DNA from: a virus
Taxonomy: Duplodnaviria > Caudoviricetes
Virus record (IMG/VR): IMGVR_UViG_3300010167_000010
Span: 128,001 to 192,000 of that record
Reading direction: 5' to 3' (one strand)
DNA length: 64,000 bases
Shown here: positions 57,035 through 64,000 of the stretch, in pieces
Position numbering within the stretch: position 1 is the stretch's first letter
Layout: each line of letters opens with the position of its first letter
Notes under the pieces: model-generated
The model's database searches: none
Seen by the model: the letters and a program-made list of their open reading frames with translations, nothing else
What the model was told of the DNA's origin: nothing
Made by a program: the position numbers and the translations under genes

Positions 57035-57973
57035 ATGAGAATGATAGAAAGCGATATTAAATTATTTCGTAATGAATTCGCCAGCGCAATGAGGGCTCTC
57101 GAAAAGAGATTTAATATTTCTGTAAATATTGGAAATATTTCATATAATTCTGCTGGCTTTAATTCGAAGTTAACTGTAAAATGTATCGATTCAAATGGTG
57201 AAACAATGACAGACCCACGTGCTGAAGCTAATGCAAAATGGGCTGTAAGAGGAAAAGGAATTGATCCCTGTACTTCCAATGTTATTGGAGAATTTTGGGT
57301 GACCCGTTCTGGCGAGACAGTAAAAGTTATCGATTATAAAACTAAAAATAGTCGTTATCCTCTCATTTATGTTAAAGATTCAGAACACGATAATCGTCAG
57401 TTTAAGGCGCCCGTATCTGTTTTAGTAAGGAGAGCATAATGGCTGAAAAATCTGGGTCCTTAATTACAATTAAGGCTGGTGGGCTAGGAACAATTATATT
57501 TGTTATATTTCTAATTTTGAAATTGACAGATAATGCCCCAGAATGGTTAACTTGGTTTTGGGTATTTTTCCCACTTTGGATTGGTTTTGCAATTGGATTT
57601 GGTATATTTATTTTATTTTTAGTAATAGCTGCAATTACTTTAATTATTTCAGAGAGGCTTTAAAATGAAAGATGTAAAAGTCGGAGATATATTGGCAGGT
57701 TCTTGGGGATATTCAATGCGATTGTACACATTCGCCGAAGTTGAAAAGGTAACACCCAAACAGGTTGTGCTTCGTGAATTGGACAGAGAAACTGTTGGCG
57801 GAGAAATGTGGAATTTACATGTGCGACCAATAATGGGATCAACTGGAAATCATCTTGGAACTATAAGAGTAAAGAATCAACTTGATAAGGATTATGTTTG
57901 GATTCCAAAAATTAGATGTTTGATGTATAGATATAATCCAGATGAGAAATACACAGAAGACCACATGGATTGA
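57035..57973 (+). CDS. Early cassette of three ORFs (57035-57439, 57439-57663 two-TM, 57665-57973)
   Basis: Between a class E promoter and a terminator; LILKLT...WFWVFFPLW is a common phage TM motif. Confidence 0.65.
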
Positions 57974-57993
57974 AAAATAATTTAAGAAAAAAT

Positions 57994-58018
57994 AAGCCCC
58001 TCAACGAGGGGCTTTTTT
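57994..58018. terminator. Intrinsic terminator, probably bidirectional
   Basis: AAGCCCCTC-AAC-GAGGGGCTT-TTTT. Confidence 0.85.
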
Positions 58019-58026
58019 ATTTTAAA

Positions 58027-59010
58027 TTATGGTCTTCTATGGTCTTCTTTTTCCCAAGGTTGATGGCTTCCGTGGAAACCTACCCATCTTAATGACATTG
58101 TTTCATTTGTAACTAATCCAAATGGATTATTTATAGTTATTGCTTTTACATATGCATTAAAACCAATTGCTGTTGGTGTTAATGTTAAAGTCATTACTGG
58201 TGGAACTCCTTCGCCTGTTCCTTGAATAATTGTTTTATCTGTTTCTAATACGATGTCAACTTCACCATCATTATCAGTTATTGATTCGATAGTAAAATGC
58301 CAATCTGGGAAAAGTTGTTTAGAATAAAGAACTACTTTTCCTGCAAATGATGCCCAACCATCAAATTTGAAATCAAAATACCAACCTCTTCCGAGTTCAA
58401 GGTATCTACCATTTCTTAAAGTTGGATCAAATTCAAATCTTGCTGTATAAAAAATTAATGATGTAAATGGATCATATACTTCTATTGTAGTAACTTTTTG
58501 TGTAGAAAGTAATTGTTCTCCTTTAAACCATCCGACAAATTTCCACCCAAATGGCTCATGTGCTGTAAATATTACAGAAGTTCCATTTCTTACATCTGCT
58601 TGTGCAGGTACTGCGTAAGCTCCAGATTCAGCGGCGCCGGGTGGATCTATATGTACTTGAAAGCCTGTCATTCTAACTGGTGCTGATACAGCTATTTTTC
58701 CCTTAACAAATTTAATTGTTGTTGGTTCATCTGTGTCTTCACCAAAAACTCCTGGCATTGTTAAAATTTTAGATGCTTCTGCAATAGAATTAGCAACTAC
58801 AGATACTGGAAAATCTCCTTCTGGTGTTGAAAAATATCCTGTATATTGATTAAGATGTTCTACTTGAGTTTTTTGTTTTGGTCTTCTTTGTAACATATTT
58901 GGGTCTTCGATTGGTTCAGTTGGAATATGAAATCCTGGAGGTCCTGGAAATTTTGGACCTCCTGACATATTACCTGGATGACCTCTCGATACTGGTGTTT
59001 TATGACTCAT
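58027..59010 (-). CDS. Putative virion surface protein with an InlB B-repeat-like domain
   Basis: GTSVIFTA...GWKFVGW...YTARF; Pro-rich N-terminus; late promoter. Confidence 0.55.
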   Translation of the reverse strand: MSHKTPVSRGHPGNMSGGPKFPGPPGFHIPTEPIEDPNMLQRRPKQKTQVEHLNQYTGYFSTPEGDFPVSVVANSIAEASKILTMPGVFGEDTDEPTTIKFVKGKIAVSAPVRMTGFQVHIDPPGAAESGAYAVPAQADVRNGTSVIFTAHEPFGWKFVGWFKGEQLLSTQKVTTIEVYDPFTSLIFYTARFEFDPTLRNGRYLELGRGWYFDFKFDGWASFAGKVVLYSKQLFPDWHFTIESITDNDGEVDIVLETDKTIIQGTGEGVPPVMTLTLTPTAIGFNAYVKAITINNPFGLVTNETMSLRWVGFHGSHQPWEKEDHRRP

Positions 59011-59136
59011 CTTTTTATCTCCTTATTTATTTAGTTATTTACAATAAGAGAAGTATATTCTTTTAAAGTTAAAAGAATTCTTATTGTAAAAAAATATAAG
59101 ATTTTAACTTATTGTAAAAAATACTAAATTAATGTA

Positions 59137-59421
59137 ATGAAAAATAGAAGAAGAAATGAAATAATAGATCTTAATACAGGAGAACGATATATTAATGAAT
59201 CTTTTGTTGAAAAGACTTTAAGTGTTTCTAGATATTATATTCATAAGAGTTTAAAAGAACAAATACCAGTAAAAGGTGATAATATGTTTGCTTATTACTA
59301 TTATGGAATAAATATCGAAGAAATAAAAAACATCTATATGGCAAATTACACAAATAAAATTACAAGGAGCAATAAATGGAAAATACTAGAGAAGAAATTG
59401 GGCCAACAAACCCTAATTTAA
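59137..59421 (+). CDS. Stand-alone NUMOD1-like HTH protein
   Basis: IIDLNTGERY...VEKTLSVSRYYIHKSLK. Confidence 0.5.
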   Translation: MKNRRRNEIIDLNTGERYINESFVEKTLSVSRYYIHKSLKEQIPVKGDNMFAYYYYGINIEEIKNIYMANYTNKITRSNKWKILEKKLGQQTLI

Positions 59422-60491
59422 CAAAGTTAGAAAAAGCTAGAAAAGAATATGAAAACAAGCAAGCAATTCCAGACGGTTATATTGAAGTAGAATTATCAAC
59501 TCGAGGTTTTATTGGTGCACCCGAAAGGTTCTATATTAGAAACTTTAGTCCAGAAGATTTAATGAACTTAGGATTAGCTGATAGAGAAGATATTCCATTA
59601 AAATTAATTAAAGTTTTAGATAGTTTAATTTTTAATCCAAATCATGATCCAGTTTTATCTATTAAAAACTTTCATGAAAAAGAAGTTATAGAATTATTAT
59701 TATTACTTTATGAAACATTTTATACAACTGTATTCCCTAATCAAGAATGGATTCCAACAGAAGAAGATTGGGAATTCTTAAAGGAACAATGTGGTGGACA
59801 AGAGAGTGAAGAATTTAGAGCAAAAGAAAGAGCTCTTAAAAATAAAACTTGGAAGCCAGTATTTGATATTGATATTTCTAAATTAGAATTTCATGAAATA
59901 CCAAACGACGGAATAAAAACTAAAGCTAAAGTTGATAGAAAATATGGTGATAAACATTTTAGTGCTGTATTTACTTTACCAAAATTTGGTGATTTTATTA
60001 CTTTAAAACATTTTATTGATAGTATTTATAGAGAAGAAGACAAACGATATGCTCGTATTGCTGAAACTATTAAATTTAGAAAAGAAATGGAAGAAAAATT
60101 ACAACGTGGTGAAAATATAAATATGGCTTCAATTCCAAATGTCCCAAAAGCTGAATACGATAAGTATAAAGAATATGAAGTAGATAAATCATTATTTTCT
60201 ATTACAGCTTCAAAAGCATTATATTTAGCAGAAATTGATGGTCAAGATGTTTCTAAATGGAAATTAGAAGATAAACTTGAAATGGCCAAAGATGCTAGAT
60301 TAGATTATAGTGTATTCAAAATGGTTCAAGATCATTTTGATAAGTTAGAGTTCGGGCTAAAGGAGGAAATAACTGTTCGCGACCCCATAATAGATAAAGT
60401 CGTGCAACGGAAATATACGTTTCAACTCATTGATCTACTTACCGCCATTAGAGATACAGGAACTTCTCAAACTACTATATCTTTTGTCTAG
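59376..60491 (+). CDS. Baseplate hub / tail assembly chaperone-like protein (gp26-like)
   Basis: VELSTRG...IRNFSPED, IDISKLE, FTLPKFGD, EIDG, FGL pattern; SD AAGGAG. Confidence 0.45.
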   Translation: MENTREEIGPTNPNLTKLEKARKEYENKQAIPDGYIEVELSTRGFIGAPERFYIRNFSPEDLMNLGLADREDIPLKLIKVLDSLIFNPNHDPVLSIKNFHEKEVIELLLLLYETFYTTVFPNQEWIPTEEDWEFLKEQCGGQESEEFRAKERALKNKTWKPVFDIDISKLEFHEIPNDGIKTKAKVDRKYGDKHFSAVFTLPKFGDFITLKHFIDSIYREEDKRYARIAETIKFRKEMEEKLQRGENINMASIPNVPKAEYDKYKEYEVDKSLFSITASKALYLAEIDGQDVSKWKLEDKLEMAKDARLDYSVFKMVQDHFDKLEFGLKEEITVRDPIIDKVVQRKYTFQLIDLLTAIRDTGTSQTTISFV

Positions 60492-60723
60492 AGATTGCGG
60501 TTTTGGTTATGCCGAAATGATGGCAATGCCAACACATATTTTATTAGGATTATGGAGTGCAAAAAGAGGAGTGCTTGAAGAAGAAGCTGAAGAACAAAAG
60601 AAACAGCAACAAAGTCAATCAGCTGGAGGACAGCAGGCGCCTTCAATGAGCAGCATGATGTCACAAGCAAAAGGTATGATGCCAAAAACTCCAAGTATGC
60701 CTTCTGTTAGAATGCCAGGATAA
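60430..60723 (+). CDS. Chaperone extension-like ORF (gp51/GT-like)
   Basis: LLYLLSRDCGFGYAEMMAMP...EEEAEEQKK; overlaps the upstream gene by 62 nt in the +1 frame. Confidence 0.45.
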   Translation: MIYLPPLEIQELLKLLYLLSRDCGFGYAEMMAMPTHILLGLWSAKRGVLEEEAEEQKKQQQSQSAGGQQAPSMSSMMSQAKGMMPKTPSMPSVRMPG

Positions 60724-60737
60724 ATTTAATGGGGAGA

Positions 60738-61967
60738 CTAATTTAGTCTCTTCATTAAATAATCTATTTTATTTTTTAACCAATTATTATTCCATTCAGG
60801 TGTATTTACTTCATAAATATTTTTATCCATATCTTCATAAAAATAATTATTATCATCACATATTTTTCTTAATTCGGTGTCTTTAAATGGTAATACTTGA
60901 TCTATATAAATATTATCGTAATCCCACTCTTGTCTAAGATTTTCATAAGAATCTATTTCTTCTTTTGTTTCTCCAGGATAACCAATTAAAATTTTTATTA
61001 CTACAGTAAATTTATATTGTTTTAATAAACTTATAACTTTTTTAATTTTTTTAAAATCGCCTCTTTTATGAACTATTTCTTTATAAACTCGCTCACAACC
61101 AGCATCTGGGTTTAAATTTATTGAACTATCTACATAAATCTTTTTTAGTAACATTATTTGTTCTTCAAATAAAGAATTCCATTGTAAATTTTGAATCATT
61201 ATTTTATACTTTTTTTCTACCATATATTCTAAAATTGGTTTATAAAAACTCCAATCAGTAAATGGATCATCATCGACTAAATAAAAATATTTAGAAAAAG
61301 AATTAGCATAAAAATCTAATTCCTTTTTAATTGTATCTAAAGTTTTAGTTTTAGTTTTAGTATGAATTTGTGAAACAGTACAAAAAGTACAACAACCATT
61401 ACAACCTTCTTGCAACAATAAAGTAGTCATCATAACTTTTTGTTTATATAAATAAAAATTTAAATAAGGAATATCATTTAATTCTTCTTCACTTAATTCT
61501 GAGAATATGATTTCTTTATTTATAGTTTTTGGAGTTTTCCAACTTTGATGATTTTCCATAAATTTAATTGCTTCTTCTTTATTTATTTTTAATGATTTAA
61601 GTAATTCTAAAAAAGGTTTTTCTCCTGGACCATAACAAATACCATTTATAACATTATTTTTTAATAATTTTTCATCAAAAAATTTCATCATCGGCCCACC
61701 ACCAACTAAGAGTTTACAATAATTTTTTAAATAAAGACATAAATTTTTAAATTCATTATAATCAAAAAAACAATTAGATAATGCAATTAAATCATATTGT
61801 TCATAAATTTTTGGTAATTCTATATCTATAATTTCTATATCCCAACTCATATCAATTTTATTTCTACAATATGCTTCTAAATATAATGGTGCTAATTGAT
61901 AAAATTCTAATTTTTCGTTATCTTTAAATACTAAAAATAATATTTTCATGGGTATTCCTTTAAACAA
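60738..61967 (-). CDS. B12-binding radical SAM protein
   Basis: VGGGP, GPGE, EGCNGCCTFC, DD, IGYPGET. Confidence 0.85.
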   Translation of the reverse strand: MFKGIPMKILFLVFKDNEKLEFYQLAPLYLEAYCRNKIDMSWDIEIIDIELPKIYEQYDLIALSNCFFDYNEFKNLCLYLKNYCKLLVGGGPMMKFFDEKLLKNNVINGICYGPGEKPFLELLKSLKINKEEAIKFMENHQSWKTPKTINKEIIFSELSEEELNDIPYLNFYLYKQKVMMTTLLLQEGCNGCCTFCTVSQIHTKTKTKTLDTIKKELDFYANSFSKYFYLVDDDPFTDWSFYKPILEYMVEKKYKIMIQNLQWNSLFEEQIMLLKKIYVDSSINLNPDAGCERVYKEIVHKRGDFKKIKKVISLLKQYKFTVVIKILIGYPGETKEEIDSYENLRQEWDYDNIYIDQVLPFKDTELRKICDDNNYFYEDMDKNIYEVNTPEWNNNWLKNKIDYLMKRLN

Positions 61968-62857
61968 GTATAAGCATTATTGTTTTTACAAAAATCATAA
62001 AAACTATTATAATGACCAGGTGGAGTTTTAATTAAATTAGTTTTTCTTCTTTTTAAAATATCTTCGACTGGGTCATCACCAAATTGAGTTATATGACCTA
62101 ATATATCTTTTTCAGAATCTCCAGAGCCGCAATCTGCAGATAAAATTCCATTAGGGTGTACAGCAATAGAAAAATCGCAACCAATAATATGGCGAGGCCA
62201 AATCATATATGGTATGTCGTTTTCTAAATTTTTACCCCGTCCTCCAGCTATAAGCGGTAATTGAAATTTAAAAAAATTTCTATTTAATTTAGATTCTAAT
62301 TCTGGAAAATCATTTGGATCATAAGGCGGCCAACCATCATTTTTTATAAACTTAGTATATACATCAATTTTAGAACTATCAATTATTGCAGTAGAAAAAG
62401 TTTTAATAGGTGTATCTAAAAATTCTTCCATAAGTTGATTTACTATATCAAAACTAGGTATTTGTTCTAATAAATATTTATTTAATGATACGCATAAAAA
62501 ATCTGGTTTTATTTCTTCTTTTACTAATTTAATTAAATCTTTATTTTTTGATAGTAATAATCCATTAGTAAATATACAAAAAGGTTTATTATATTTTCTA
62601 CATCGGTGACTATAATTTAACATTCTTTCTGGATATAAAGTTGGTTCACCACCTTGAAAATGTACATATTTTATATGTTTAGATTTTAAACATAAATCTA
62701 ATAATTCTGGATCTAAATCTTCTTTTTCTTCTATATAATTTTCAGTGGGTACATAACAATGTCTACATTTTAAATTACATTTATTAGTAATTCTAATTTT
62801 TAAATGCCAAAACATACTTTTAAAAGCATTAGTAAAATCTTCATTTTGTGCTAACAT
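61946..62857 (-). CDS. Radical SAM protein
   Basis: CNLKCRHC, GGEP, TNG; C-terminal Cys (Twitch/SPASM-like). Confidence 0.9.
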   Translation of the reverse strand: MLAQNEDFTNAFKSMFWHLKIRITNKCNLKCRHCYVPTENYIEEKEDLDPELLDLCLKSKHIKYVHFQGGEPTLYPERMLNYSHRCRKYNKPFCIFTNGLLLSKNKDLIKLVKEEIKPDFLCVSLNKYLLEQIPSFDIVNQLMEEFLDTPIKTFSTAIIDSSKIDVYTKFIKNDGWPPYDPNDFPELESKLNRNFFKFQLPLIAGGRGKNLENDIPYMIWPRHIIGCDFSIAVHPNGILSADCGSGDSEKDILGHITQFGDDPVEDILKRRKTNLIKTPPGHYNSFYDFCKNNNAYTCLKEYP

Positions 62858-62879
62858 ATTATTTAGTCTACTAAATATT
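62858..62879. promoter_or_regulatory. Back-to-back late promoters, each abutting an ATG
   Basis: CAT-ATTATTTAGT-CT-ACTAAATATT-ATG. Confidence 0.75.
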
Positions 62880-63866
62880 ATGCGAGCGAGACCGGCTGAT
62901 TTTGTTTCTACTTTTGCAAAAACCCTTTATTATAATAAAAATATTATTATAGCTATGACAGATGAATGTAATTTTGCTTGTAAACATTGTCAACAAGGCC
63001 AAGGATATGATTGTGTTATTTCTAAAGGAATTATGTCTTATGAAATGATAGATTTAATTTTAGATAATATATATGATAAAGATTTTTTTATCTGTATTTG
63101 TGGTGGTGAAGCCTTATTATATCCAGAAATAGTAGAATATATAATTACTAGATCTCATCAAATTGGGACGCCAATTATTTTAGGTACAAATGGCTTTTGG
63201 TATAATAATAAAGAAATTATAGATATGATAAAAAGAGTTAAACCAACTTTTATTAGATTATCAGTAGATAAATATCATCAAGACTATGTTTCTTTAGATA
63301 ATTTACAAGAACTTATAGATAATTTAGAAGATTCAGAAGTTAAAATTTTCGGTGGTTCTATTTATAATCATGAATGTCATCCAGGGGATGAAGAAAAATT
63401 TGATAGTTTAAAATTGTTACAAGAAGTTACTCCCTGTGTTTATAAAGGAAATGGAGAAGATTTTTTATATGAAAATAGAGAAATTCTTAAATCTAATCAA
63501 TACGTATTTTGTAGGGCAAGTGGGATAGTTATTATACCAAATGGTGATATTTACATGGAATGTGAAATGGAAACTCACGGATGTTATTTAGGAAATATAA
63601 GAGAAGTAAAATTTATTGATCTAATTCCTAAATTAAAATGTGGACGGCCTTATTATTATATAAACCCAGGAGAACGTATAAATAATATTTATGAAATTTG
63701 TAAAAGAGATAAACATCATTTATTAGATGATAAGTGGCAGGGTAGTAAAATATCTTTTAATGTTATGGGAAACTCAGTATATGAAAAAGCTTTGCAGTCT
63801 AATATTTATAAATATACTTTAAAAGAAATAAGAGATTATTATGATCCTTTTTATGAGGAACATTAA
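62880..63866 (+). CDS. Radical SAM protein
   Basis: CNFACKHC, GGEA, TNGFW, SVDKYHQ; C-terminal Cys. Confidence 0.9.
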   Translation: MRARPADFVSTFAKTLYYNKNIIIAMTDECNFACKHCQQGQGYDCVISKGIMSYEMIDLILDNIYDKDFFICICGGEALLYPEIVEYIITRSHQIGTPIILGTNGFWYNNKEIIDMIKRVKPTFIRLSVDKYHQDYVSLDNLQELIDNLEDSEVKIFGGSIYNHECHPGDEEKFDSLKLLQEVTPCVYKGNGEDFLYENREILKSNQYVFCRASGIVIIPNGDIYMECEMETHGCYLGNIREVKFIDLIPKLKCGRPYYYINPGERINNIYEICKRDKHHLLDDKWQGSKISFNVMGNSVYEKALQSNIYKYTLKEIRDYYDPFYEEH

Positions 63867-64000
63867 TGTTTGGGACGTTTGAAGATATTGGAAATATATT
63901 TTGTCATAATAGTTTTGGAATATTTACAGCTTTTGGATTACAATATAATTTAGGTTGTAATGCAAAATGCGCTTGTTGTTATGATTTAGATGCGCCAACA
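63866..64000 (+). CDS. Radical SAM protein, partial (runs off the window)
   Basis: MFGTFEDIG...LGCNAKCACCY; TAATG coupling. Confidence 0.7.
   Translation, partial: MFGTFEDIGNIFCHNSFGIFTAFGLQYNLGCNAKCACCYDLDAPT

Overview
This very AT-rich, gene-dense 64 kb window reads as part of a large, T4-like or jumbo tailed phage genome using the standard genetic code (TAA, TAG and TGA all act as stops). Structural genes are scattered among replication genes: portal, neck-like, baseplate-like, tape-measure-like and many putative internal head proteins sit beside a split family-A DNA polymerase, beta-clamp-like protein, DNA ligase, 5'-3' exonuclease and ThyX. Host-type genes include pnuC-nadR, ispH, Hsp20, an MCP chemoreceptor, a hybrid histidine kinase and five radical SAM enzymes. 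The MCP and kinase look spirochaete-like, so a Treponema-like host is inferred but not shown. Three promoter classes can be read from the sequence, and two of them abut ATGs directly, implying leaderless mRNAs. Most notable observations: (1) a DNA methyltransferase whose DPPY motif is restored only if 13 nt are skipped (CCT-TAG...CCA), a candidate programmed ribosomal hop; (2) a PolA split around ispH with a degenerate split-intein-like remnant at the break; (3) a 194-nt tRNA-shaped RNA whose anticodon loop is replaced by a structured insert of about 128 nt; (4) a SWIM zinc finger split across two genes by an antisense homing endonuclease; (5) a family of capsid-targeting-like leaders on enzyme cargo, plus a late-expressed sigma-like protein with a duplicated HTH module. 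All family calls come from visual motif recognition; no searches were run.
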